Source: Amoebophrya sp. A120 (taxonomy: Eukaryota; Protista; Dinoflagellata). Taken from it: DNA of 64,000 bases. The DNA is taken from NCBI GenBank assembly GCA_905178155.1, contig CAJINV010000001.1:15748142-15812141 (forward strand), given 5' to 3'. The notes under the pieces were generated by a model. The model saw nothing but the letters and a program-made list of their open reading frames with translations. It did not search any database and was not told where the DNA came from. This document shows positions 36,201-46,129 of the stretch, piece after piece. Numbering within the stretch: position 1 is the stretch's first letter; every line of letters starts with the position of its first letter. A program made the translations under genes and the position numbers.

Positions 36201-39200
36201 CACAATATCCGAGAGCACTACGTTCGCTTGCCACGTCAACAAGCCCCCTCGCAGCAGGCGAAGAGGCTGCCTGCTTTGGTCGGCACTTTTCACGTCGATG
36301 AAGCGCATGCCCTCCGTGAGCACGCCCTGAGATTCGTACGTTGAAAGTGAGGTAAGAGACTGGCTCGCACCTGCTGGTGAAATGGATCTGTGGCGAGCAT
36401 CATGCTCGCGCAGGTCGGGGAGCAAAAGATCGCCGGCTGCGCCATGTTGTGGATCGTGCCGTTCGTGAGGTGCAGCACTTGTTATGTTGTCATCTCCGCC
36501 ATCATGATCTGCTTGGCGGCGCAGATACCTAGCCAGCGCGGCAGCGGCGGCGGGGGTCGGCCTCAACAGCTCGGCGTCGCGCATCACTGCGGCCGGTATC
36601 CTGTCCCTGTGCAAGGAAGGAGTCGCTGGGATTGCAGCTGGTGGTCCTTTCTTGGGTTCGAGCTGAAGAAAGTTCGGGTTTGGCCGGGCGGTCGCCTTGG
36701 TCTTTTCCGACGCTGCTGAGGGCGCAGCAGTTGTAACTGCAGACACGCGGCCGCGATTCTGGTCGTCTGTCGTGCGTTGTCCGTGTCTCGTCCGCGTTGC
36801 CTCTGCTTGGGCGCGGAGGTGATTGTCGACGACCTCTGGGATTGCAAGACGCTCGTTCTGCACCAGAAAAACTAGTAGATCCTCTAAGGTGTGCAGCGCC
36901 CGCACCGGCTCTGGATTTCCATCCGCATCCAGTTCCAGACATTTCTGTTGGCCGTACCTCGCAAAATCGAACAGCGAAGGGTGTTTTTGTTCTGCCGCCT
37001 CGCTGGCTTCGCGCCGTAGCTTTTCCAGAACTGCCTTCCGACGGGCCAGGAATGTAGCACTTTGGGTAGCGTCGGGACCGAAGGATCTGTGCCACTGCTT
37101 CGCAAATTCCGCAGAAAGGTCGGCCGTTTCGCGCCACGGAACGATGATGCCGAAATTCCAGAAGAAGCTGCGGAACTGAAGAAACTGTTTTTCCTTCTCA
37201 TACTCCGACACCTGTTGGTCAAGCCTGATACCCAGTCGATTTTCCATCGATCTTTGGTGCTGCTTCTGTTGCAGCTTTTGATGGGAAATGGTGTGCTCCA
37301 GGAGAAACTTCGACACCGCACGCACCTGCGCTTTTTGTGCAAGCGAGCTCTGTGCAAGCCCGAGGGGTTTTGCACCTCCAAACGTGAAAGGGTTTGTAGA
37401 CGCAAAGCCGTCCCAGCGGGACCAGGTGACAGATTCCGGTTCTATCTGTGGAATCGAGCTAGCGCCACCGTCGTCGGATTCGGGAATGAAAGGCACGGTA
37501 TTCTCGCCCCCGTCAGCCTCAGGCTTGACTAGCACAGCGCGCTGGAGTCCAGTGGTCACGTACCAAAGCGAAGCGATCCTGCTTTCCTCCCGGAATGGAA
37601 AAGCAATGCTGTCCCGCAAACGGAAATCTCCAGCGACCAAGGTATTTGTCACCAATGAGTTGAACCCGGCGTCACCATTTCGAACGCCGAGAAATTCCAC
37701 GCACTCCTTACGCAAGTTGTACACTTGCAATGGTCCTCCTACTCGTTGTCCAAGGCGAGTTTCTTCATCCGGCGTTGGTGCGACGGGTAAAATCGGAGGT
37801 GCCGCACTTCTGAACCTTGGCAGGTTTGAAAAAGCCGCCACGAACTCGAGCTGCTGCTCGGGATGCCGCCCCATCGTTGCAAACCTTTCCTCGTCAGCCA
37901 GAGCTTTATCCAGATTTGCGGAGTTTCGGCTCCGCAACGGTGGCATCAACCACTGTGCTACGCTGCGCCGCGCGAAAGAGGTGCGATAGAACAGGTAGAC
38001 CGGATCCAGAGTCTGCCGCAACCGCGCCGTCGCTTCTGACCACACCGTTGCACTCCGGTAAACAAGCGTTTCCAGATGGGAAGCGAGGGATTCCGGACGG
38101 CGAAGGTAATTTTGCAGTTGACTGTCCTGATTGTCGACATCGACATCGCCTCCAATCCACGGTTGAAGGAGAGACGCTGGAGATTGCGCCCCGTGTGGGT
38201 AGTTTGTACTAGCTTTCTCGACCAGTTTCGCTCTCAGACCAGCTGCGAGCCCGCTCAGAGTTGCAGCTGGCGTGGCCGACTGGAGCACAAGCTCCTCCGT
38301 ATGAAAGTCTTCCAAGTGAACCGCCGCACAGCGAAACACGTAACGGAAAAAGTCGATCGCGCCGATGTCGAGGCTGCCCGCCTGCATCAGAATTTCCAGC
38401 AATTCTGACAAACTAATGCGGTCGCCCAGAAAGTACTTCTGGAGAGCCTGAATCTTGTAGCCGTCGCGCCGTGCCTGCGCGACGTTGCCGTTCATGTGCT
38501 GGACGACCCGCAACGGCGCAAGAAAACAAACCTGCGGCAGGGTCTTGCCGGCGAACAGGTCCAGCACGGCAAAGGTTTTGCGCTCCAGAACAGTGATAGA
38601 GTGCGTGGCAGGAGCGAGATCTGTACTAGTTCCACGGATAGCTCCCGCACCACTGTGGTCTTCTGGGACGGTTTTCATTACATTCCGTTCCCGAACGCGG
38701 CTGCAGATCTCACACTGGTACGTGAAGATGTTCCACAAGACGGAAGACAGCCAGATTTTGACGATGTAGAAAACCGGGAAGAGCAAGCAGCAGGTATTGT
38801 AGAAGAAGTGGCAGATCCCAGCAAGCGAAGGGTGCAACAGGTCGCCCGTAATTTCCACCAAAACCAGCAAGAAAAAGACGATGTAATGGACAAAAAACAC
38901 CACTTTGACCAGGTAGTCGAGTTCGGAGTCTGTCCAACTGTGGCGCCGTTGTCCTCGCTGCGACAATTTGTGTTGATGTTGATGACGCCGCCCATCGATG
39001 GGTTTCGTTTTCGTTGTCTCGTGCTGCTGGTGGTCAAGCTGAGCAGACCCGAGGTGGGAAGTTGCGAATGGCAGGGCGTGGTGCGACTTTGACTTTATTG
39101 CTGGACAGCGCTGTCGTGCCTTCTGACCATCCTCGTGACTCTGTCTGGTGCACCCATGTTGCGTATTGTTCCTTCTCAATAAACTGCGCGTTGATGCCGA

Positions 39201-42200
39201 CGTGCCAGCCACATTGGTGCCAGTGCTTCTCCGACCCTGCCACCAAAACCTGGAGCAACACCGTTTCACTTTGACCTTGTGCGCTTTCCGACAGCAAATG
39301 CGTGCCGCGCAACTGCAACACCTGCGTGGGCACTGGTTTACGGCTGATACAGAAGATCGCCAGACGGATTTGAAAAGAGTAGCACAACAGGAACGCAGAG
39401 CTGACGGCTTCTTTGGACTACTTTTGCGGTAGCTGCCATCCCATTGGCTCTCTTTTCTGCTATCAACCGCGTCGGAAAGAAGAGCCGACATGTTGTCTGC
39501 ATCTTGTAAACCGGGATCAGTACTGGTGCTGCAATCGGCACTACACTGCAGCGTTTTCTCAGGTGAAACTTTGCGGTGTCGTCGCGAGTCCACCTGCAGC
39601 TCGTCTTCCTCTTCCTCATAAACAGCTCGGTCAGGGCTCGACTTACGCGCACCACAGATCTTCGAATATTTCAGCTTCAAACGCGGACAGCTGACGTTTT
39701 CCGTTACCAAGTGCAGAAGGTACAGGTACACGAGAAAAGCGCACACTGCGAGAACCACGCTGCAGTGCAGGTCTAGGTTGAAGTTGTAGAAAACTTGAAA
39801 ACCGAGGAAAGGCGACGAGAACTGCCAACCGTCGTACTGACTTGCGAATCCTCCAGCTGGGTCATTATTTTGATTGCCACCGGCAGCACTGAAAGTTGAT
39901 GCTACCGCTCCGTCCTCGAAGTTCAAAAGGCGCGCAAACACGATCGGCACGAAGTGGAAAAGCAAGAAGAAGCCCGTGACGCTGCACGACAGAAACAGGA
40001 AGTCGAACAGCAGGTTCGCAGCCCAGTAAACCCACGTACGGCACCCGTTTACGAAAAGTAACTCGCGGAAACCCGAGCGAGCATCCTCGGCCAAAACACG
40101 CAAGCACAGCGTGACGTAGCGGAAGCACAGGATTTGCACCAGATTTCCCTGGGCGAACAGCATAAAGACCCCAACAGTGACGAGGACGAAGTAAGAGGAC
40201 AAAAATCCCGCCACGCGGTTCGCCACCGCTAGCTCCGATGAAGTTAGGCTGCGAATCCGAGCAGGTAAATCGGCTTCAGAGAACAAACGGCCGAGGTGCT
40301 CCTCGACAACAAGAGAGCTCCAACTGTCACCCGCTGCAGAAGTTGTCTCGGAGCTTCCACTACCGCCGTTATTTTGGCTGTGGTTTCTATTCCTGGAACC
40401 GGGCTGCAGAAGGGATCGGATTCCGTAGGGGTCGGGCAGAACGAAGATGCGGCTCACGACAAACAGTGTGTACGTGGAAAACAACACGATAATCAAAGCC
40501 GAAACGAAAAGGCCGGCAACAGATGGCAGTCGGGCCCGAAGCAGCGTTGCGCGGCGTCCAAACAAGCAACCAAACTGGGACACCCACGTTCTCGGCTCGC
40601 TCTTGCAAAGAGTAGCGAAAGGGGAAAACCAGGAAGACGAACTTTGGCGTAATTCACTCACCTTCGTTGCTTTCCTTCTCCGGTTTTCTTCCAGCAAAAG
40701 CTCTCGCTCTGTTTCATCTGTGTGTTCTTCGTCTTCGACAACCACAACCGGGTCGCACTCATCGTCAAGAATACATGAGTGCTCCATTAGCGCATCCTGT
40801 ACCTCCTCATCCCCACCACACCTGGCGGTGCGTGAAGCCACCACTCCTAGATCATGAACTCCGTCGCTGCCGTCTATCTCCATCGCGTCTGGCCTCTCCG
40901 TCGCTAAATCTGAGTTTTCCGATGAAGTACGACCTCGTACATCTACATCTTCTGCCGCAGGCCATTGAAAAGAACGATCCCGTCGGCCGACCTTGAGAAA
41001 CACGTCCTCCATGGTGACCATATGAAAGGTTATGTGTGCGATGTTGCCAATGCGACGACTTCGGCGATCAATTTCTCGCAGGAGGTTGCAAAACTGGTCG
41101 GTTCTGAGCTTGGAGACCCATGCAGGAGACATGGCCAGTGCGGAGAAAGCCTCGCTGTGGTAGGTCAAAAATGACTTGCTTTCCTCATGATGATCCACAG
41201 CGTTGAGCATGTCTTGTTCCGCCGCATAATTTACGATTTCTCTCTCCAGGCACTGCAGCGCACTGGCCTTGTTCGGGTCGACGTCGCATGATGCGTAAGG
41301 ATTTCCATCCGCATCTTCTTGCACCATCTTCATCTCGCGGTCGCCACTACTTGCACTTCTATCCGAGTCATCTTTATAATTTTCCGTGTCCACGAAAGTC
41401 GGAACAAGTTGGTAGCCGGAGTTGACTTGCGCCTTTAAAAACTTCGGACTGCCGAGACACTCGACTTCCCCGTCCTTCAGGATGCAGATCTTGTCCGACA
41501 AAAGGTCCGCTTCGTCCATGTGATGGGTGGTCAGCAGAATCGCGGTCCTCCCCAGCCGTTTTCGCCGAAGAATGAAGTCCCACGTCACTCGGCGGTTTAG
41601 GGGATCCATACCGGAAGTCGGCTCGTCCAACACCACGAGCTTCGGCTGGCCGCAAAAAGCGACCACGCAGCAGAGCTTCCGCTTCCATCCACCGGAGAGT
41701 TGCGAACAAAGTTTGTTTTCATCTTCAAAAGCAAACCCGGCTTCGCTGAGCAGGAACTCAACTTCAGCATTGACATCCTTAATCAGGGGCTGCAAAAACT
41801 GCGAACAAGATGAAGCAGACGAGCTTTTACTTCGCGGAAAAATCCTCCAGTTGCGAAGCTCGACACACACAGTCAAGGCCTCGCGGACCGTGAGATTCTC
41901 GAACAGAAAGTTTTGCTGCGGGCAAAGCCCAACGAGCTGCTCGTCCGGCTTTAATGCGGCTTCAAGATTTTTTGTCGACCTCGATCCGCAACAGCTTCGG
42001 TTCCTGGACATTGCGGTCTTGATTCGAAAATCTTGGAAAAACCGTCTCCCAAAGATGGAGACGCCGCCACTTGTCGGATGCAGCAAGCCGGTCAGAACTT
42101 GGATTAGTGTGCTCTTGCCCGCACCATTATGGCCGAGTAGACAAAAGAGCTCGCCCGGTTGAATCGCCAGACTCACCCCGCGCAGGGCCGTTACGTGTTG

Positions 42201-45137
42201 CGCATCAGAAGTACGAGCTTGATGTGACGCAGCTTCATCAGAGGTACTTGTGCCCCTCACCTTGTTCGTCCTTCTACGTGGCAGACAAGTAGAGCGAAGA
42301 AACTTTCTGATGCGGGCGAAACAGGAACTGAAGAGCGATATATCCGCTGGATACGTCACACACAGATCTTGAACCTGTACGCTGCTGCACCCAATGTTGT
42401 CCTCTTCCGTACGAGTTAGCTTGTCGTCAAGGTTTTTCCAGTCGTGTTTCTTACGATCCGCGATGGCAGAAGATCGACTGCGATGCTCTAGCATGTCGTC
42501 GGCGAGCCGCCACGCGAGCGTCCACAGGAGCACGGAGAGGACTTGCAATAAAAGCATTTCCAGAAGATACGACTTTTCGTGCGGCAGCACCTGCAGGTTC
42601 AAATACGTCGACGGTCCCAGCACCATCATCCAGTCGGCCCAAAAAAAGTTGAAGAACGTCGGCACTTGAATCTCTTCACGGTCAACGCGCGGGTCGGGAG
42701 GTTGTTTCTTTGAAAACGCCTTCGCCAGTAGGGCAAAGGACGAAGAGGTTTGTGCCATGATGCCGTCAATCTCGCGTTGCTTCGCGCGTCGCACCACACT
42801 GGCGAGAAGGCTAAGTTCAACTGGTGGCTCGCTAGCAACAATTTGCGTCACTAGTTGGAAAAAACAAGAGTGGGGCCAAAGCAGCATGCGCAGCCGAAGC
42901 GAGTTCTTCCAAGTTTCCAAGCGCCTCCGCACGGCGGGCGTGAAGCTGCTACAACTTCCAGGATCAGAAAGACTAGACACTCCGAGAAGAGATGAGGTAG
43001 TGGTGGTGTCAACTGCGCAAGTAGAAGGAGCGCCGCTTGTTCTAGTTGCCCAACGCAGCCACTTTCTCCTCTCCCGCAACTCGCATCGCGCGACGGCACG
43101 CTGACTCCGCAGGAAAGCTCGCTTTTCCTGCAACAGCTGCGCTTCTTCCGGGCTGATCTCCTGACTCCCTCCTGCTCCCGGTGGTGGGTCCACGAGCCAC
43201 GACAGGGCCCACTCCATGTTCTTTCCGAGAAAGCTCCAGGCGAGGTCCCCGATTGAGGGCGCGCGTCGGTCGCGTTCCTCTTGCAAGCGGTCCAGGAACT
43301 CGCTGTACAGATCCGGATCGCGCATGTGAAACAGCTCGTGTCGGCGAGGGAAGAGTAGCGGATTGAGATTGTGAGGAACAGAAAGCCGCTGCTCGGAAGA
43401 TACGGCAGGTTGTGGCGCTGGATGATCATCCTCATCGGCACTAGCCACTGCGCCAAGACGGTTATCAACTCCACTTCCGTCTCCTCGCGCGTGCGTCGTC
43501 GAACCGTACCGCCTCTCGCAGAACGCCGAGATTTCCGTTGGGTACATCTCTTCGACGCCGTACTCCTGCACGCTGGCGCCCATCGGACTGCGAAGCTCTC
43601 CGTCGAAGGACAAGAAAGCGAAACTGACGAAGAGGATGGTCAGGATCAACAAGCGCGTCGGCCCGACGCGTTTCGGAAAAAAGAGCGTGAACAAGGCCCC
43701 GAACACCAACCCGCACTGCAGGATGAAAAGCCCTGTCGCGACCGCCAGCAGAAGTAATCGGGGCGCGGTGTCCTGGGCGAAAAAGGCGAGGTTGCGCCAG
43801 TGAAAATGCCGCTCGTAACTCCAGAAGAAAAGGAAATAGCCGTGGTTCTCATCCGTAAAGTCGGAGACGGTGTTTAATCCCTGGTAATTCGCAGAGAAGG
43901 CGCTGTCAAATTGTCGCAAATCTTGCAGCCGCACGGCATCTAGTTGCCGTAGCGCGGCATCAGAAAATAGAGTTTGTTCCGAGTTGACCACACGAGGGCC
44001 GTCGTGTGTCATCGCTGTGGCTGCTGTTGTATTCCCTGCTCCATTAGCTGCCGCAGCTGCAGCAAGATTCGCTGCTGGTCCTGGTAAAACACCTCCTTGC
44101 CCGATCGCCCCTGTCGCCAGTCGGTGTTCCAAGGCTGAGATTTCTTGTTGCAATAAAACGCGCAAACGCGGGGGGTAGCGCAGCTCCCCCGGTTGGTCCA
44201 CGTAGTTCTGCCAAGGCTGGGGCAGGTAGTTTCCGAGATACAACAGCAAAGGCAAGCCTGCGACGAAGAACAAGTTGCAATACAGACAGTGCGCTAAGGA
44301 CGACAAGTAGTAGGCCCAGGGCTGGACACCCAGCACGCGCAAGAGGTACATTTTCCCGCCCTGCGCGCTTTCCAGCTGCAGGCGGCGGAAAAAGCGGTAG
44401 CCGAGAGCGAAGCCGAGGGTCAGGACGAAGTTCATCAACAGCGTATCGTCGCGGTCTGCGATGTACATGGTCACCATCCGTAACAACAGACACACCCAGT
44501 GCCGCCAACTTCCAAACGTGTGCTGGGCCTGCAAATCCAATTGCAGGGCCTGCAGACCGGCCGACTGATTCGGCGTGGCGCTAGTGTCGCTTGTTGCTGG
44601 GTTCAGTTTCTGGTTCTGAGCTGCCCCACCAGTCGGACCTCCGGGTGGTCCACCTGGGCTGTTCGACAATGCATTGGGGTCGGTCAGAATGTCGAGTAGC
44701 GCTTTCCGCAGTCGTTCGTCGATTTCCTCTTTGGAAACGTCGAGCAAAAATCCCTTCGGCGCGTTTGCCTGAACCCAGGGCAGTCTACGGCCTGAGCCGA
44801 TGATGACCAGCGCAAGGAATGGTAGCGCCCAGTACAGCACGAATTGGGACCGCCAGAAGTGCGGCGTCACCCGCTTCGACAGGATGCGGTCTTTCTCAAA
44901 AAGAATGCGGGTGTGAAGCCAAGTTAGCCTGCATCTACTCGGAAAAAGCAAGCACAGGCATGATAGCTTTGATGGTTGCGCCCTGGAGGTTTTGGAGGTG
45001 CGTGCGCACATCGAGGAACGACGTGAAGATTGCGAGGGTGCAGAAAGAGCGCTCTTCATCTTCTCAGCTTCATCTTCTAGATCGTCGTCTATCATCTTCG
45101 GTGTCGGCCCTTCCCGTCTGTTTCGTTTTATTTTCAA
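33267..45137 (-). CDS. Giant ABCA-subfamily full transporter (>=3900 aa)
   Basis: NBD1 GHNGAGKST / LSGGWKRKL / LDEPTSGMDP / TTHHMDEAD; NBD2 GTNGSGKTS / LSGGNQRK / LDEPSAGVDP / TTHAMEEAE; two hydrophobic TM clusters. The frame stays open upstream to 45194. Confidence 0.93.
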   Translation of the reverse strand: MKIKRNRREGPTPKMIDDDLEDEAEKMKSALSAPSQSSRRSSMCARTSKTSRAQPSKLSCLCLLFPSRCRLTWLHTRILFEKDRILSKRVTPHFWRSQFVLYWALPFLALVIIGSGRRLPWVQANAPKGFLLDVSKEEIDERLRKALLDILTDPNALSNSPGGPPGGPTGGAAQNQKLNPATSDTSATPNQSAGLQALQLDLQAQHTFGSWRHWVCLLLRMVTMYIADRDDTLLMNFVLTLGFALGYRFFRRLQLESAQGGKMYLLRVLGVQPWAYYLSSLAHCLYCNLFFVAGLPLLLYLGNYLPQPWQNYVDQPGELRYPPRLRVLLQQEISALEHRLATGAIGQGGVLPGPAANLAAAAAANGAGNTTAATAMTHDGPRVVNSEQTLFSDAALRQLDAVRLQDLRQFDSAFSANYQGLNTVSDFTDENHGYFLFFWSYERHFHWRNLAFFAQDTAPRLLLLAVATGLFILQCGLVFGALFTLFFPKRVGPTRLLILTILFVSFAFLSFDGELRSPMGASVQEYGVEEMYPTEISAFCERRYGSTTHARGDGSGVDNRLGAVASADEDDHPAPQPAVSSEQRLSVPHNLNPLLFPRRHELFHMRDPDLYSEFLDRLQEERDRRAPSIGDLAWSFLGKNMEWALSWLVDPPPGAGGSQEISPEEAQLLQEKRAFLRSQRAVARCELRERRKWLRWATRTSGAPSTCAVDTTTTSSLLGVSSLSDPGSCSSFTPAVRRRLETWKNSLRLRMLLWPHSCFFQLVTQIVASEPPVELSLLASVVRRAKQREIDGIMAQTSSSFALLAKAFSKKQPPDPRVDREEIQVPTFFNFFWADWMMVLGPSTYLNLQVLPHEKSYLLEMLLLQVLSVLLWTLAWRLADDMLEHRSRSSAIADRKKHDWKNLDDKLTRTEEDNIGCSSVQVQDLCVTYPADISLFSSCFARIRKFLRSTCLPRRRTNKVRGTSTSDEAASHQARTSDAQHVTALRGVSLAIQPGELFCLLGHNGAGKSTLIQVLTGLLHPTSGGVSIFGRRFFQDFRIKTAMSRNRSCCGSRSTKNLEAALKPDEQLVGLCPQQNFLFENLTVREALTVCVELRNWRIFPRSKSSSASSCSQFLQPLIKDVNAEVEFLLSEAGFAFEDENKLCSQLSGGWKRKLCCVVAFCGQPKLVVLDEPTSGMDPLNRRVTWDFILRRKRLGRTAILLTTHHMDEADLLSDKICILKDGEVECLGSPKFLKAQVNSGYQLVPTFVDTENYKDDSDRSASSGDREMKMVQEDADGNPYASCDVDPNKASALQCLEREIVNYAAEQDMLNAVDHHEESKSFLTYHSEAFSALAMSPAWVSKLRTDQFCNLLREIDRRSRRIGNIAHITFHMVTMEDVFLKVGRRDRSFQWPAAEDVDVRGRTSSENSDLATERPDAMEIDGSDGVHDLGVVASRTARCGGDEEVQDALMEHSCILDDECDPVVVVEDEEHTDETERELLLEENRRRKATKVSELRQSSSSWFSPFATLCKSEPRTWVSQFGCLFGRRATLLRARLPSVAGLFVSALIIVLFSTYTLFVVSRIFVLPDPYGIRSLLQPGSRNRNHSQNNGGSGSSETTSAAGDSWSSLVVEEHLGRLFSEADLPARIRSLTSSELAVANRVAGFLSSYFVLVTVGVFMLFAQGNLVQILCFRYVTLCLRVLAEDARSGFRELLFVNGCRTWVYWAANLLFDFLFLSCSVTGFFLLFHFVPIVFARLLNFEDGAVASTFSAAGGNQNNDPAGGFASQYDGWQFSSPFLGFQVFYNFNLDLHCSVVLAVCAFLVYLYLLHLVTENVSCPRLKLKYSKICGARKSSPDRAVYEEEEDELQVDSRRHRKVSPEKTLQCSADCSTSTDPGLQDADNMSALLSDAVDSRKESQWDGSYRKSSPKKPSALRSCCATLFKSVWRSSVSAVNQCPRRCCSCAARICCRKAHKVKVKRCCSRFWWQGRRSTGTNVAGTSASTRSLLRRNNTQHGCTRQSHEDGQKARQRCPAIKSKSHHALPFATSHLGSAQLDHQQHETTKTKPIDGRRHQHQHKLSQRGQRRHSWTDSELDYLVKVVFFVHYIVFFLLVLVEITGDLLHPSLAGICHFFYNTCCLLFPVFYIVKIWLSSVLWNIFTYQCEICSRVRERNVMKTVPEDHSGAGAIRGTSTDLAPATHSITVLERKTFAVLDLFAGKTLPQVCFLAPLRVVQHMNGNVAQARRDGYKIQALQKYFLGDRISLSELLEILMQAGSLDIGAIDFFRYVFRCAAVHLEDFHTEELVLQSATPAATLSGLAAGLRAKLVEKASTNYPHGAQSPASLLQPWIGGDVDVDNQDSQLQNYLRRPESLASHLETLVYRSATVWSEATARLRQTLDPVYLFYRTSFARRSVAQWLMPPLRSRNSANLDKALADEERFATMGRHPEQQLEFVAAFSNLPRFRSAAPPILPVAPTPDEETRLGQRVGGPLQVYNLRKECVEFLGVRNGDAGFNSLVTNTLVAGDFRLRDSIAFPFREESRIASLWYVTTGLQRAVLVKPEADGGENTVPFIPESDDGGASSIPQIEPESVTWSRWDGFASTNPFTFGGAKPLGLAQSSLAQKAQVRAVSKFLLEHTISHQKLQQKQHQRSMENRLGIRLDQQVSEYEKEKQFLQFRSFFWNFGIIVPWRETADLSAEFAKQWHRSFGPDATQSATFLARRKAVLEKLRREASEAAEQKHPSLFDFARYGQQKCLELDADGNPEPVRALHTLEDLLVFLVQNERLAIPEVVDNHLRAQAEATRTRHGQRTTDDQNRGRVSAVTTAAPSAASEKTKATARPNPNFLQLEPKKGPPAAIPATPSLHRDRIPAAVMRDAELLRPTPAAAAALARYLRRQADHDGGDDNITSAAPHERHDPQHGAAGDLLLPDLREHDARHRSISPAGASQSLTSLSTYESQGVLTEGMRFIDVKSADQSRQPLRLLRGGLLTWQANVVLSDIVATLNQVLPSLVKLYSWVHLVLVQTLKCDGTFFHLRTNDMQLLAFQKSGEPPFSSLGGAQKVLRWMASATNSAGGGEDAVPGDEARTDPEDEALMETVTSDHMVDFASRTPFTRASFGEHFAPWHYMSKSVELKSTSLRFLLTIGDQIDFAWMHLFLCTVGIFVLQLVLVWRSSRLQPEPRFFEKRKERKRVSGMARTTKLEVEPRTSFVGKKRRTRTTCGRTFCEKASRCGAVAGGEDRVRDGVFSEVLNSSTDAINGVAALPVQTRHGKNRDAQLQRLLKVRSAAVHDENVDDSDNSTLCSDSDVEAEKDRALDATKRSDGPKHVLTLQGVHKVYSQRVYAVRGVSWSIPCQQANGNPRTCFGLLGTNGSGKTSVFRMIMGLEPLSKGRILVNGHDTTKFITEIRRRIGYCPQANCVQGDLTVLEIVSLFATLRKGDLASAAFGTRTAGQLQEGPTSTTVAEIEDKLDSLDLAKYRDRKFANLSGGNQRKVLLLLSLLWDPQLVLLDEPSAGVDPMGRQSIWTVLKQIQTRSESSFVLTTHAMEEAEALCDRVAIQHRGRLKCVGTVQHLCRKFGRGYEVRLRLDMNDDVDDPTEDLYSDRTTRPTDGESWTRSERAELVRSMDFFRLAYFRSLDIATALGDLRAEEMKRNKEESGAGGEDSSASSSSGSCSVRGSGASEALSTCSASDTSRAASSVSDTDSCYSATSPSETEDDFEDVQNSAPALFPLSIFSWVHGGYSRNRTGLARGHLEHEAMDDQSLQRRSSNRKNRRKSASSPAPLDLLSFARRRDWKAFLHHKGSRQLLAKHLRKNSGPETDGYSSSGSRQSSGDCEEANHSSEQIGEDQEQRDPQLPNLWASFESELRYRVTMRRVSDHFTKHIADCMSPNGFEVKPVCAAGIVLSFAVTAPPLTDFSLSAFADLMECVETLLSKKPNECRKRESFDFSSVISEVSYSQIGLDTIFRNLTNEKLDQIYD

Positions 45138-45163
45138 ACACCAGAAGCTCCGCTTAAACCAGC

Positions 45164-46129
45164 CTAATATGCTGCGCGTTCGAGCATACTTGGCTCATTC
45201 AGTTCCAAGTGATCGCGACGAATCAGGACTGGTTCAAACGTGGTCGCGCTCGACCTGCCGTCCGAGGAACAGGAAACGCGTGCACGGTCGAAGAGCGCAT
45301 GCTGTCCGTACTTAAAGCGCCGATTCGGATACCGCTCCACCAGAACTTCTTCATCGAGTGAGCAGTTGCGTTCGCCTCCTCCTCCAGTGTGCCTTACATC
45401 GTGTTGTCGAAGTGTTGTCGCGGGACGAGACTTCTTTGTGGTTAATCCTGCAGCGCAGTTCAGTTTCCGATCTTCATCTAGATCTAGCTCAGCCTCCTCC
45501 TCGAGATGAGAGTACTGCTTCGCAGAAAAGCATCGTGCAAAACATCTATTCCACCAGGACCGGGTCTTCCACCAACAGGACCGGGACAAAAACGGAGAAA
45601 CAACAGGATCACCCTGTTCTTTTCTGTCTTGCATCTTTCCTACGTCCTGCGCGAGAGGCGTCGCTGCAGCTGCTCCGTTCTCAATACTGCAGTGGCGATG
45701 TTGGCCCACAACATCGCCGGTTCTTGCATTTCTTGCATCTGCTGCTTGAAGACCATGACATTTTCTCTTTCGTTTCTTCGTCGATTTTGGCTCTTTTGTG
45801 TGCTTCTCTTTCCTTTCCTCCCCACTACCACCGTCGCTGCACGACTCCACATCGGGCCGCGATTTTTGAGAAGCAGCTGCTACAGCGTCAGGGTCGGAGC
45901 TTTCATAGGTCGCGTCTGTGCACCCGGACGTCACACTGCTACGGTATGTGAGATTGGTCCGAGATGACCGGCGGGAAGAGGGTTGTTCCGGCGACGACCC
46001 TTGTCGTGCAAGGTGAAACGAAACACGCCGCGGTTGCAGTTTTTTCTTCCCTACCACGGCTTTTGAAGATGGGATGTTCGGGGTCGTCGCTGTGATTGTT
46101 CCGCCAGTCCGTTGTGGAGATGAGTTCAT
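45164..46129 (-). CDS. Probable N-terminal segment of the ABCA gene in a different frame (or a separate ORF)
   Basis: 321-aa ATG ORF overlapping the open ABCA frame at 45164-45194; same S/R/C-rich composition. Confidence 0.5.
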   Translation of the reverse strand: MNSSPQRTGGTITATTPNIPSSKAVVGKKKLQPRRVSFHLARQGSSPEQPSSRRSSRTNLTYRSSVTSGCTDATYESSDPDAVAAASQKSRPDVESCSDGGSGEERKEKHTKEPKSTKKRKRKCHGLQAADARNARTGDVVGQHRHCSIENGAAAATPLAQDVGKMQDRKEQGDPVVSPFLSRSCWWKTRSWWNRCFARCFSAKQYSHLEEEAELDLDEDRKLNCAAGLTTKKSRPATTLRQHDVRHTGGGGERNCSLDEEVLVERYPNRRFKYGQHALFDRARVSCSSDGRSSATTFEPVLIRRDHLELNEPSMLERAAY

